A stretch of 63,831 nucleotides of DNA, the filler included, from Sphacelaria rigidula (lineage: Eukaryota), in NCBI GenBank assembly GCA_964200075.2. It is 8 parts of 8 records of this genome, joined end to end, with 100 filler letters (N's around TTAATTAATTAA, not from the genome) between each part and the next. Parts side by side here need not be neighbours in the genome. Positions count along the whole stretch, not along the records: positions 47,951 to 55,841 come from CAXNAA020013084.1; positions 55,942 to 63,831 come from CAXNAA020013085.1; 6 more parts are not named here. The stretch is one strand, 5' to 3'. The first letter of the stretch is position 1; every line of letters starts with the position of its first letter. Positions 48,381 to 61,764 of the stretch are shown piece after piece. The notes below the pieces were generated by a model. The model saw only the letters and a program-made list of their open reading frames with translations. It was not told the DNA's origin and made no database searches. The translations under genes were made by a program, and so were the position numbers.

Positions 48381-51300
48381 ACCGCAAAACAATGCAGGCG
48401 CGCAAAACAAAAACGGTAACCTGGTTCCCTAGCTTACGCAGTGAGTGGCATGTTTTACAGCGTCATTGCCAACCAAAGCCAACCCCATCGGGGGTCCGCC
48501 CATACAAAGCTGGGACGGAGCACGCCGGGCCTTCGCTGGATCAGGCTAGTGCAAGGGGGGGATGGGTTACCCGTGGGCGACCTGCACGCGATTCGGCGTA
48601 CGCGACAGCAAACTCGTACTCAACAACAACAGCAGCAGCTGCTGCAGCAGCAGCAGACATTCTATTCGGAGATGGAAGACGGCGAGCTGGACAGCAACAA
48701 CAGCAACGAGGCGGGGGAGACTCCCCCCACACGGCAGCGGCTTGTGCAAGGTCGCACGCGATGACACCCCCTCCAACAATAGCAGAGCGTATCGGTACAG
48801 CTGACGGATTTGACCATTGGCATGAACTTCACCCCCCCATCACTAGCTTCCATGCTCATTCAGAGGAGTATGGTGGATTCAATCGCACGTTTTCGGGTAG
48901 GCAGAGGTGGGCCGAGTGAAAACGCTTTTGACTGCAGGTGGAAGATCTCGTGGTATATAGCGGTAAGTAGTATGCCAAGATCAGGATACCTTCACTATTC
49001 AAGTTTAGTTACAGCGGTACCCTATGATGCGCTGTATGACAGCAGGTGAGCTCGTGCTTGACAGCTATTTCTTCAATGTCTGTTTTGTGAATGAAAGGTT
49101 TTCTTTGATGAGTGACGGGTGTTAACTTCTTGCTGTCTTGACGGAATGCATGTTGGGCAGTGGCGGAGTGTGCCTTCCGCCAAGAATCGATGGATGCCCA
49201 GTCGCCAAATGATTAAGTTGTGTGTTTCCTTTCACGGGAGTGTGGAGGAAGCATTACCGTCGAGACTGCCCTGTACAACGTTACATGCGAGATATGCGAC
49301 AAAAACGTGCGATGTGTCGTTCTATTTCCTTTCCTTTTCTTTCACGTGAGTCTTACGAGCGTTGGGTGTTTTTGTGGAAACATAGGAGATGATCCTATTT
49401 GCACACAATTGACTGATATGTTATAGATTGGTTTCAGATTGGCGGGTGTTACGCGTTGGCGGCGCGGTTAAATTTTTACCGGTTCACAAAACCCATGAAA
49501 TTTTACGTGCACACCATGAAGCCTTCACAGTTCGGTCGAACAAAATCGTGATTCCACTCAAATTCAACATTTGGACAAATCAATCACACGATTCGTACGC
49601 AATCATTATCTGTACATGTTTTGGGTTCGTGGTTCGTACGACGCTACTTGGAGTGTACACATTCCCAGTTCGTAATTCGTGCGGTACACGTCGTAGACGT
49701 TTCTCACCTTCCACTCGTACACTACAGGCTGGTTCACACGTATCAACCTATAAACTTTCATCCGCAAAACTTCACGCCGTTTTCAGGAGTTGGGCCCTGA
49801 AATTTTGCACATTTTTTTGTGAGTCATGAGGAAAATTTCGAAGGTCGAGATTTCCTCTACTTTGTGAATATTTTATCGTTTTTGGGGGGTCCCAGGATTT
49901 TCAGGGAAAATTGGATCCCGTCAGACCCCCGAAAAACGGTGAAAAATCAAGATGTAAAAAAACTCGACTTTGGAAAGGTGCGTAATGACTCAGAGCGTTT
50001 ACGCAGAGTTTCAGGGTCTAGCTCCTAAAAGCGGCGTGAAGTTTTGCGCGTTTGTGCGATCAAGTGAGCTTGAAACGTGTACACGACCAACTGCTTGGTT
50101 TTAGTGCGAAAACGTCTTTTTCGAGTGCATTTGACGTTCAAGCGAGAAAAAATGTGCTGGGTTTTACGAGTTTCTCGACCAAACTTCGTACATATTTTCC
50201 TTGAACTACCCCGCATCATGTTAGTTTTTCTCTCTTGAGGCATTCTGTACCGCCTTCCGCGGGTTGCCACACTGAGACCCCCGAAAGCCGGTAGAGAATG
50301 GAGAGACTCTGAAATATTGTCAAGAGTATAATTTCTGCATTTGAAGCATCATAATCTACGGAACTGCCAGGTTTGAGGGCGATCTGAGGTTTCCTACGAC
50401 AGATATGAGTAAAACCATCATGACGTTCCCTGGGTCTTTCGTGGACATTAATTTTCGATTGAAATTGTGCGGTGGAAAAACAAAAGTCCCGACATAATAG
50501 GTCGTCATTTCAACCATCGTTAATTTTGAATATGCTTGAAATGACGACCTATCAGATCTTCAGATCGGGATTTTTGTTTTCCATCGCACTTTTTCGATCG
50601 ACAAATGATGTGCTGAGACACAGCCTGAGTTATGGGTGCATTCGATATAAATAATACATGTCGTGTCTTGAAACGCCTCGTCTTGCCTGTGCGTCGCTGC
50701 GCGGCAGTCGTGCGTACTGCTGTACCGGTTACATCGATCAACGCCTCGATATGAACGGGTACGTGTTGTGCTCTGATCGCGCAAATGGAAATGTCTTTGA
50801 GTGGATGCATGGCCCACGGCAGTCAATACTGTGTGGTCGCAAGCTAGTCTTTGAGAAGTTGCGCCGCGCTGAAAATTGAGTGATTTCTCAAGACGAGAAA
50901 AAAGACCACCCTTTAATGCAGATTACATCCTTGACGATGGACGTTGCATGTTTGAACATGCGTCGCTCATGTTCGTGCGTCATTTCGGATAATAGTCAAC
51001 ACAGAGTCGACGCACTTTTCGACTGTGGCCTGTTCTTCGTTTACAGAACCACATGGCTACACACCGTTGAAAAGGAGAAAATACCGTTGATAGTTTTACA
51101 TCGTGAACTGACGGCTAGCTGCGCAGTAACGGTTTGGCCGGGAACTAAAATCTGTCACACTCAGTGCTCGCTCAATGTGTTACGCGGTGCCTATGTGTGC
51201 CGCTGATGGGAGATTAAGTAGGCTCCTTCGGACAGCCAGACAACCAATATATAGGTGTGATGAGCTGGGCTCGTATTGAAACGTACCCAGGTGCGTACAC

Positions 51301-53494
51301 ACGCACCTCATAGTGGCGACTTGCCCAAAACAGTCACTTCCCAATTTGTGTAACGCATTGGTTTCTGCAACAAATTGCTTTTCGAGGTCAAACATCTGTA
51401 TGAGGTTGAAGCTTTCACCGCCAGGTTGGTTCGTTTGTTGCATTTTCACGTGTATATCCATACATTTGTTCATCTAGCATGTGTCGTCAAACACTTGTAC
51501 TGTACCGTGTGTGGTCGAGAAAACTGAGCATTTTTCTCGCCGCACGTAGGAATGTACTGAGACCCTGGAAACATTTTATTGAGGTCAACGCGCTTTACAC
51601 CGAAGACGGGCATGGTGGAACTGTCAGCAAATTTCGATATGTTGACATCACCAGACTACAGCACAGTTCACTGATCGCAATGCTGCCAACCCGGTGGTAA
51701 TGCATCCCTGACTTCCATGGAGTTTGGACGCGCAGGACTGCTTTTTCGCTGGCAGCAGAAAAGGAGCCTGGCGTTTGAGAGTCATATTTTTGTCATATTC
51801 GACATTGATGAATTGCACACCCGCGGTACTTCAGGCTGTGAACGTGACACAGGTATGTTGAGTGTACTGTACCGTGGAGTAGCACCATGCCCTCACCGTA
51901 CAATTCAGCACTATACTGACAACTGGCTTTGCGCCACATGTCTGGTGGCGGGGCTCCAGGACAAGTCCATTATTTCGGCGGGATAAATTTTCTGCCCCAT
52001 CCCGGGTTTCACTCCAGCTCTCGCGTCTTGCCTCTCTGCACGCGACCATCCCTCACAAATACCGATACTGTTTGCTTCCAATCAGTTTATTTTTTCAGAT
52101 GCTATTTTCGGAACACTCACAAAATGTCAAACTGGGAATCCGCGCGCACCTGTTGCCTTCATGTGACCGCGGTTCCAACAAGCGTTGTACCGCCCTCAAA
52201 CGAATGCTAGAATAGCACGTACTGCCGTCCGACGACGTAAATGGATCACGTCCAGCGTTGTTACTCCAGGCAGCTCAGTCAAGACTCAAGGGGTGGCGAA
52301 ACTGGTGTGGAACTTGAAATTGCGAAATGCAGGCTCTTTCATGCCAATGGAGACTAGGTGAGCTACTGCGGCAAGTTGCAAGCGAAGTGGTTTGCCCATG
52401 GAGCGCGCTGTAGAGCTGCGAGCAGCTGCTTAGCTGGGACAGGCACACTCGGCGAAATTTGTATGATGTATCCTTCACATGCATTTCGCACACAAACAAC
52501 CGTGTGTCTGTAGTTTGCCACAGACGCCAACACAGCAATACAGATGGCAAAACCGCCGTAAACAGCGATGCGCATATGCTATTTGAAACGGACTACGGTG
52601 GGACAGCCAATTGACGGTACAGTACAGTACAGTACAGTACAGTACAGCACGCCCCGCTGTCGTGATGTCGTGTTGCCGATCAACTACAAACCGTACCCCG
52701 TCGTGATAATCTGGAACGACTCGACTGTCTGGAGGAGCAGCATCATCTACTCGGTAGCATCCTGATGCAATACGCGATGTCTTTCGAACGACCTCGGCGT
52801 GACCGTTTTCAGCGGCAAATATCTCGAAGAGCGTTATTTTCGTTGAAACTCAGGTCGAAACCCTGCAGTGGGGGTGTTATCCCCCGTCACCTACAGTGGG
52901 GCATCTACATATCCGTTATTTGGTCCAGTTCCCGTGGGATTCCGGGTGGGAGCAAATATGAAGCTGCACTAGCGAGGCTACACTAGCATATACCTCAATA
53001 ATAAGTCGTTCACAGCACTACTGCTCTTCTTGCTTTCAGCTGTGGTAACTTGCCGCTCACTCTATCCGCACTCTTGTGCCGCAGCTGTGGTTCAACCCAA
53101 TACCTCACGACTGTAGACGGGGTGAGGTTCAATACCACACCCGCCAGCACAACTTATTCATCCATGTAAACAAAAATACTTACTCGGAACAGAGACGGAT
53201 CGATCAAGATCTTACAGTACGATAGAGCGCAGGACTTATCCCTATCCAACGGATGGCGCAGTAATGGCAACGAACGAGGTGGGATTTTCAAGCGCATGAA
53301 CGTGAGGTGGACAAACCGAGGTGCGAGCGAGCAGCATCATCCAACTTATCACCACGGGACTGCCTTCACTGCGCTCATCGCGCTCGACACAAAAACAAGA
53401 TGCAATACACATAACACACACTTGTACAAAACTAGAGTAGAGTAGAGTTGTGCATACTACAACAGATTACAACGCCCGACACGCGCTTACATAC

Positions 53495-53562
53495 CTGGAG
53501 TCCAAACTCGTGCAGCATCACACACGCTACATGGTGCTTGCACAGGACGGAGTTGTAGTAGC
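53495..53562 (-). pseudogene. Exon-like segment with the second half of a SWIM-type zinc finger (possible decayed, intron-containing Mutator-like transposase)
   Basis: acacag|...cag|gtatgt. (G)YYNSVLCKHHVACVMLHEFGLQ carries the CKH motif. An in-phase upstream donor AAAG|gtgagg is at 53696, but the CxC half is missing. Confidence 0.4.
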
Positions 53563-54636
53563 CTGTGTTGAGGGGCGGCCACAAAGGCTCCAGTATTGCT
53601 GCATTGCGATCCCACGACTGTCAGCCCCAGTACCACATAAAGACTCCGCATTCTCGTCTTCCTTTCCTTGAATCCTCTTATCCCCCCGTCCTCACCTTTA
53701 CGCACCGGCCGCTGCAACTTGACGTCGAGGTCGTGCACCCGTGTACACGTGTAGTTAGAATATGACCCGACCACACGTGACACAATCGGATTATGACAGC
53801 GAGTGTCATGATGTCCGTGGGTAGCCGCTGGTGCTTTTTTTTATCTCAGCCTTACCAAGCGTTTTGAGGTTGGAAAGGACACATATGCCGTCGGCGACTG
53901 AAGACGGGGAAGAAGAGCATGGACGTGCTCTAGTTTCAGAATCGCAATTGAAATCCAAGGTGCGTGATCGTGATTCCTAAATCAGCCGGCACGTACAATC
54001 GCCACAGTAGTACGCCACAGAGAGGAAGTACCCTTCAGTACGCGACAGATAGAAGACAGCACATCGGCTACTGTTGCCGATATGCTTGTGTATATCTCCC
54101 GAAGGCCGAGCTGTGATTATCTTTCGCCTTCATGTGCCTTGAGGGAAAATTGGCTTCAGCATTAGAGTCTCCTAGGTGCGACAGCGAAATCGTGCGAAAT
54201 TCTACCGCATTATCCGGCGGAGCCATGGTGGCGTAGTGTGAGATCAGTATGTGATGCTGTGGTCGCCACCTTCTTCAAAATGGGATCAGGCCGCGCTTTC
54301 AAACTTTGGAAGTGCACTTTTGACAAAATGCTACCGTAAAAGTTACCCAAAAATACGAAGGCAAGCACTTGTAGTTGGGTGTATCTGTTCACTAAATCGT
54401 GGCGCAAATTACCGGACATTCAATGTAAACAACGGGATTCCACCCCAGCTGAAATCTAGGCGCTGAACTCTTCATGGAAGCCAACTGCACCTATATCCTT
54501 GAAAACGGCAGGGGAGGGGGTAGATGGTGCTACGCACACTGCGCTATTTTCCACCATATCGCAGTCGCTCAAAGCTCATTATCCAGAAGAGGATGAGAAA
54601 TTATGCCCCAACAGTGCTCAATCTTTAGACAGCCGC

Positions 54637-55117
54637 GCCCCGCAGGTGGACTAAGTTGGACTATGCCACATTTGGGGTGCAAATCGCTCTTTTCTCACTA
54701 CATATGATGCCTTTTTCATGAAGATGTGGATGTTTCGCATCTATTACTCGTAGAAATAATCTCGGAGAACCCTTGCCCAGTGACCCTGCAGCCCATCGCG
54801 TGCAGAATCAGTATGTGTGCGGTATGTTTTCGCTGGATACAACGGCAAGGAACACTAAGCGTGAGATCGCTCTTCACTGAACACAGCCTACTGCATACTG
54901 CCGATGTATCTGCTTGAAGTTCCACAACACTCCTAGACAGGGAGAAAGTATGCTGGCAACACATGAGCGGTCAGGCAGGCGGCATAGACCACGAGCAGAG
55001 TACGATGGTACACAGCACGCCATTTGTGCCCATGTAATCCGTGGTTGAATTACCATGACCAAAAGTAGAAATACGACTAGACAGGGAAGTAGTCCACCTT
55101 TAGTCCACCTGCAGGGC
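54637..55117. mobile_element. MITE-like element with ~28-bp TIRs
   Basis: gccccgcaggtggactaagttggacta pairs with tagtccacctttagtccacctgcagggc. No target duplication seen. Confidence 0.6.
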
Positions 55118-57580
55118 AACAAAGTGACAATTTTGACAGCCGTATTTGGTCACAATGATCATTCCGCGCCTCTCAGGCCTCGATCCTGTCTTAGAATCTT
55201 CCGCGGAAAACTTCCACACATGCTTGACTTGGTGAGCTTTCCGGCTGCTCTGCGGACAGGCCCCCCCAACCCCCCCCTCCCCGCCCCCTGGAGGCCCCCG
55301 GATGTCTCCGGACTGTCCGCCTGTGAAACTGTTCCGAGGCGACGCTCGCTGTCTAAGGGTTGAGCTGTGAGGCCGCTTCTTATGGCAGACGAAAATGAAA
55401 AACTGAAAAAGTACCCCTTCGGGGCTTCTACGTTTTTGCAGTGGCCGCCATTTTTTGGCCAACCTTACACTCATCTCGGAGACCGGTCAAGTCCAGACGA
55501 GTTCTCGAAAAGAAAAAATGAGCGGTCTCATAGAAATATGCAAGTTCGGGCAGGAAAAAAACTTTGACCACCAACAAAATCCACCTACAGTACTGGGCGC
55601 CTGAACTCTTCATCTTGGTAGTTTCTTCCTAACTGACGAGTTTGTTACGTTCTTTCCCTTGCCACCGCTCATCACTTTGAGGATCTAAAGATACTTGCAC
55701 CCGCTCCACATTTGAAAAAAAAAGTCATCCGTACTCAATATTGATTGACCTACGGGCCGATGGGTCATCAAAATCTATCGACGCTACGAGCTGGGCCAGC
55801 CTAGAGGCGGATTTGAAGTTTGCAGGCCCATGCTCTTTTATNNNNNNNNNNNNNNNNNNNNNNNNNNNNNNNNNNNNNNNNNNNNTTAATTAATTAANNN
55901 NNNNNNNNNNNNNNNNNNNNNNNNNNNNNNNNNNNNNNNNNTACACGCCTCTCATGTGGGCGAAGTCGCTGCAAACGGGCCCAATAGTGGGATCGCAGCC
56001 GGTTCGTTGAATGGTGCCGGTGCACTTTTTGTGGGGGAGCTATCTCGGCATTAGTCAGCACGCCGCATCAGGTTACAGGAACATGGGTATCAGCCTGGTT
56101 CGTGCACTGTACAAACATTGTGACAACGCTATTTCAGGTGATGGGGTGCACACGATAGATGATCTGCTTTTATACCCCCAGTTCAACGGCAACAGGCAGT
56201 ACATGAAAACAGTCTAGGTAGCCGGATTTCAGCTATATGGTCAGTGATCTGCAAGTTTAAAGTCCAGCGGACAACATTGCAATGGTATCCCTGGACCATG
56301 ATAGAGGCATACGCGTGTGCGCTTGCTACAGACACATTGCAGGCGTGTATAGATGCCGTAGGAACGCAGCCTCCCGTAGACAAGAATAACCTTTGCATGC
56401 ATGCGGTAGCTTGCCTCGGAGCGACAGCATCAGCGCATCAGTTTGGTATATATCGGGCTACAGGAACAAACAGTCCAGCGTTTGACAGCATTCACGGTTC
56501 AATCACATTGGCTCTTACCGAGATGCAGCATGAGGCAAGCGTTATCTACGCGATCATACAGTGAATCATGATATCAATCCAAAGCGGATAGCACGATGTC
56601 TTCAGCCCGAGCCACCATTTTCTTTCCCTCCGCAGGTTATCGCTTGTTATGACAAATGTAAGGTTGGCTGACCACATCGCCAGATTCTTCAAACACATGA
56701 ACTCGAGTGATGGAGGCTGCGCGGTCAGTTGTACTTTCGAATCATCCGCAGTTATGCAATAAAATGTATAGACTATACGAATATTTCATCTTGACTGTAT
56801 GGTATGCAGTATGAACATCACCTGAACAGCTGTAACCGCTGTTACGGGCGCACCCCAAACATCAAACTCAGTCGTTTGGCAATAACCGCTGCGTTAACGC
56901 CGTGGGCACGCATCTTCAGGTGCCGTAGGATAAGCACAGCCGACAGCGCGTTCAAGCGCACACGGGATTGACGAAGGACCAGTTCGTTCGGCGGCTCATT
57001 CACAGGCAGCAAAATTCGTCATCACATTCGGGGTAATCGTTCGAGACGAACAACGAATTTTCATATATGGGGACCGAAACATCACAGTGGCTAATGCTTC
57101 GTTGAAAAAGCGCATTTCGGAGATCGCAAGAGGAGTGATCAATACGTCACGGGTGACAACAGTCGACACAATAGTCCCTGTTGGAAGCACCATGTTACAA
57201 ACAGAATAGTGTTGTTCATAGTTGTTGTTGACATGCGCATCTCTGCTGCGCAAGTCTAGTACTAGAACGAAGCAACAATAGCATTCCGGTCATGCAGGTT
57301 ACGAGGTTTCGCTAGCTCATGCGAACACGACTCACGTTTACTATATGACTACGCATGGCATCATCTGTTTGTGCATCAGCTCGTTTTTACTATCATGTCG
57401 ACCTTCATGCATCTGCTCACTACTTGAATCAAACACCTTCACAGTCTCACCGTTATTCCTGAAACAATTCGTAAGCTCACAGCACGTGGGAAAGTCCAAC
57501 GCAGAACGATACACGACGAGCGTCAGGATATTCTTGATCACAGCTTCAGGCCGATTCGATTTCTTTTTTATTCTTGGTGG

Positions 57581-57848
57581 TGTTAACTTGGTACTTCAGA
57601 GAAGTTCCGTACTTCAGATGAAGTGAACATGCTGGTTGACTCGATCCTTGGAAAGAACCGAATCCAACCAGAGATGTAAAGAGGCATGTTTATGTATTCC
57701 GTCTCTTGAGGGATTACATCGCCTTCACCCCTGATTGCGGTACTAGCCAGTTCCCCCAATCAGCCCTCCGGGCGTAGTGTCGTTTTGAAACCGACGGCCC
57801 ATCACCGTACTACCCTTTATCCACCACGCCATGCCGCGATCCGTAACA
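57581..57848 (-). mobile_element. Isolated LTR-like sequence truncating the Copia RT
   Basis: TGTTA...TAACA termini, 268 bp, internal TATA-like tacataaa. Begins exactly where RT homology stops (FRLN|). Confidence 0.55.
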
Positions 57849-59660
57849 TATTAAGGCGGAAAATGTTTCCTGACATTGATCCGCAACCTGGGGGCAGCCT
57901 CACATATATATATATATCATAGTCCAAATCCGACTGAATGAACGCCCGCTCGATGTCGCAATGACTAAGATCCCATCCATACGTGTTTGCCAACGCTACG
58001 AGGAGACGAATTGTTGCAGCATTCGCAGTAGGTGAAAACACCTCCAGGAAATCAATCTCGTACCGTTGACTAAAACCTTTTGCTACAAGCCTAGCATTTG
58101 CCTTCAAGATTTCACCGTTGACATCAGTTTTCCACTTGAAAACCCATTCAGCCTTTACTAGGTTACTCCCTTCCGGAACCGATCCCACTGAGGTAAAACT
58201 CCCTGCAGCAAGCAACCCCTCGAACTCTAAATTCATATAGCCCCCTCCCAAAGGTCAGCATATGCATAGGCGCGGGCTTCGGCAATCGTTGTGGGCTCTG
58301 GCTCTTTGGCATGTCCGCAGGTATCTCGTTCGGCTTCTTCTTCATTGTTCTCTGCTCAGCAATCAACGCACGCAAGGCTTGGCCCTCGTTGATGGGCCCC
58401 ACCGAAGTTAGCAAACCGATCGCTTGTTGCTGGTTCAGCGCCCGAGTTTGTGCTCGCGTCCTGCCCTCCCTGCGCTCTTCATCGTCAGGTGGACCCACCT
58501 TGTACACCTCAAGCTGTCTCAGCGCGTTGCGTGTTTGCGCTGGCACACCATCTCCATCAGGAATGGCGTCGCTGCTGTTGCTGGAGGACGATGCAGGTGC
58601 TGATGATATGCTGCTGCGAGATGACGGTGACGCAGATGCTGAGCGGTCGTCGAGAGATGGCGAGGGCGATCTTGATGACGACTGGCCGCTGGATGATGAT
58701 GCTGATGGTGATAGAGCGTCCAGCGGTAGTGGATATGCCGTCGCCTCTGCTGGTTGTTGACTGTCCTCCACCCCCTAGGCCGGTAGCCGCAGGTGGGGAA
58801 TTCCTCTTCCTGTCAGCGGCCACACTGCCGCCTACTCATCGTCGCGGGGTTCATCCCCCCCTCCCGATTCCGCTGTCGTTAGTGATCGAGGGGGCGGGAG
58901 AGACTGCGGCGATGCTTCCCACGTGATGTCTCGGGTCTCGACAACTTGCCCTCCCCGCGTTAGCACACGGTAAACGTCGCGCGGATGCTCGCGCGAAGGC
59001 CCGAGATAGAAGCAACTCTCCGTCTTGGGCAGCAGCTTGGATGGTCGCTTCCATCGGCAGTAGGCCGGCTTGAGAAAGGGATGTGGACTGGCCGTCAGAG
59101 CCGTTCCGAACCACATTTCGTTAGGTGATTTGCTGTCCGGGTTCGAGGTTTAAGCAGTGTAGTTGAGCTGTTCACACGCCCAATGCATTGCCTCGGCCCA
59201 CACCGTTTCGGTCTTCGGCAGCGGAACATGACCTAACAACACCTTCGCCTGAATCCTTGCCGCTATTTCCGTCGCTTCAATGATTCCTCAAGCGCGCTAT
59301 GCCACGCCGTTGAATTGGGGACTATTGGCGGGGATAAATTCCTACTTAACCAACAGACTATCACATACTGTTCTGAAATTATCCCCGAAAAACTCTCCTC
59401 CGTTGTCAGATCTTACTATCTGTACTATGGAAAGAATTCCGTCCGCTCGCACATCTGCCAGGAAACAGTTGAAAGCCTGATCAGAATCAGCCTTACGTTT
59501 CAAGAAATACACACAGGGTTTTCTGCTGTAATCGTGCTTGATCATTGGGTAGTGTTCCCCCCCTACAGATGCAACTTCTTTTCTGCCTCCCAGGTCTACG
59601 AAAACTCTACCGAGCTTGGTTTGAGCTCTATTTTTGGTCTGATGAGTAATACCTTTTAAC
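57849..59660 (-). mobile_element. Ty1/Copia retrotransposon pol fragment (integrase, Ser-rich linker, RT), frameshifted
   Basis: RVFVDLGG, DYSR...YFLKRK, VRSDNGGEF, CFYLGP...YRV...VETRDITW, KAEWVFKWK, ARLVAKGFSQ...IDFLEVFSP, CDIERAFIQ, YVRLPPG. Integrase precedes RT, the Copia order. Confidence 0.92.
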
Positions 59661-60174
59661 AGCCTGGATTCATTTTTGAGGTTCAACATTTTTTTGAGGT
59701 TCAACGGACCATCGAAATTCCGTTTACTTCGTTCAAAAGGCTCGGGATTCTCAACCACTTTCGACCATGTGCCCCTAACGCAGAAGTTTCTGCACGGGAG
59801 GGAAAGCATGATGGTGCGGAGTCCAAGAGAAAAGCCACCGTCACTCTTCGTGCCGCATCTTTTGAGCAACCTCTCCGTGCGTCTAAGCGCTACGGAACAC
59901 GTAACAAAGCATGCTGGAAACATACTTATTTGGACTAGTCATCGAGTTTCCGAGCGCCTCTTGTTGAGAATCAGAGAGAGACTTCATACTGTTGCGCCGG
60001 CGACGACCACCGTCAGCGAAACGATGCAATGCGGCGGCAGACGCCAACGATCTTTGAAACGTATCATCATTCAGCAGTCTGCTGAGATATACCGGTGCCC
60101 CACAAAAGAGCTGCAGACACACACAACGGGGGTAAGGGTTAGCTCTAGGCCTGGGATTGTTTCACCAGTAGTGC

Positions 60175-60234
60175 CCATGCGAGGCGCTTCATCCAGTCTG
60201 AACCCCATGCGAGGCGCTTCATCCAGTCTGAACC
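60175..60234. repeat. 30-bp tandem duplication
   Basis: cccatgcgaggcgcttcatccagtctgaac occurs twice. Confidence 0.9.
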
Positions 60235-60434
60235 AGTTATCACGCCTTGTATGGCTACCTCCGCCGTGGCTGTGTTGAGGACCGGTTTCGCGGTGGGCTG
60301 TTGAACAATACTTAGTCTACTAGGGTAGAACGCGCTTGAAAATCCGAGCCGTTTCTTTTTAATTTAGAATCCGCGGCAGCTGTAGTTTGAAAACCCCTTC
60401 TGAGGGTCCCAAACGGGATATGCTACGTATAGCG

Positions 60435-60693
60435 GAGTGATGCTGCGATAGGGTCAGCACTTTCACGGCCTGAGGGTAGAATTGCTAGGAACCCTTTATT
60501 TAATCCAAAACACGACTTTCGAAATAGGTGAGAGTACGCCAGGGTTTTTCTTCCAATTCGCTAGGGATATCCCGAATGAATCTGCAAACGGGGATATCCT
60601 GATCCATATTCTTGTGTAGTTCCTAATTTTTAGGAACCCCTAAATCAGGCCGGTTTTGGCCCCAAAAGTGCAGACCCTATCGCAGCATCACTC
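60435..60693. mobile_element. MITE with GAG...CTC TIRs and 4-bp target duplication (Sola-like)
   Basis: agcg|GAGTGATGCTGCGATAGGGTCAGCACTTT ... AAAGTGCAGACCCTATCGCAGCATCACTC|agcg. Confidence 0.8.
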
Positions 60694-61006
60694 AGCGACG
60701 GAAAGCGCTGACACCCGCCGCCTCAGCTCCCGGATAAACGCAGTGCAACTGGCGTCTGAGCAACACATGCCGTAGCCTCTAGCGGGGCGGGTCGGCTGCT
60801 AAGTATAGAAGTGCTACAGTCATCCAGGTTGGTTTATAGTCTGATGGATTAACGGGCGTTTCTGCGCTAAGCATGTAGCCTGTACCGCGGAACGCAACGC
60901 ATGTGCTCTCGACCCGGCCCGCTATGAAGAACCGGACTCCTTCTCTTCACTTTCACAGGAGGAAGGGTGTTGCTACTGATGATACTACTATTCCTTGAAA
61001 CTCTAA

Positions 61007-61180
61007 GGCCAACTCTTATGGGAGCGTTTAGAATTTTATTTTGCAATCATTTTAAACGACCTCTTTTTTCTTTGCCGTGGTTGTGTATTTTGTGCCCGTT
61101 CACCATGATGACAAAGAAAATAAAAACTCCTCAGAAATTGTTGCAAAATAAAATCACAAACGCTCCCATAGGAGTTGGCC
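61007..61180. mobile_element. PIF/Harbinger (Tourist-like) MITE with TAA target duplication
   Basis: taa|GGCCAACTCTTATGGGAGCGTTT ... AAACGCTCCCATAGGAGTTGGCC|taa. Confidence 0.88.
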
Positions 61181-61344
61181 TAAGGGCGTGTCTCAGTCTA
61201 ACTCTATATGATGGGAGCCGTTCAAAATTCCTGTTGAAAACTGCATTTTGGGCCCTTCTCCGTCGATTTACGGCCGGCAAGAGGGCTCGGCGGATGTTGA
61301 TCTCTTGGAATGACTTGCTCTAATCGTAGTCGTTGAGACCGTTC

Positions 61345-61540
61345 CAGGGCAAGTAGTTGGCTTTTCCTGCTGGCCGGAGTTTTATTTTTGGCCAAACCAG
61401 ATCAAACACGGATTTTCAGTGAAAAACGGTCAGGTAATCAAAGTTTCCCCTTGTGTGTTGATGGCTTGACCGCATTTCATTTAAAATCCGTGTTTGGCCA
61501 AAAAAAAAGTGCATCCCGCGGGAAATGCATAGTTGCCCTG
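61345..61540. mobile_element. hAT-like palindromic MITE
   Basis: CAGGGCAA...TTGCCCTG ends; internal arms ttttggccaaac...cacggatttt and aaaatccgtgtttggccaaaa. Confidence 0.6.
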
Positions 61541-61764
61541 GCAGGGTCATTAATGAGTACGAGCTAGGCCAGCCTAGAAACGGATTTAAGCTCTCAAAGC
61601 AATATCTCATTGGCACAGGCGAGTTGGCCCATGATCCTCATATCGTATTTCATATCGTATTGAGGTGACTTTACCACTCGGTAGTTAACAGATATTTCTC
61701 GGAAATTCATGGTTTGTGCAGGTAACAGAGGATACTATAAGGTGCTGATGCATTTCGGACAACA

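Noticed and set aside
55942-57580. Possible endogenous viral or decayed coding region
   Set aside because: Only short ORFs with no recognisable motif; not supportable without a homology search.
58311-58926. Plus-strand Asp-rich ORFs
   Set aside because: Antisense shadows of the Ser-rich Copia linker.
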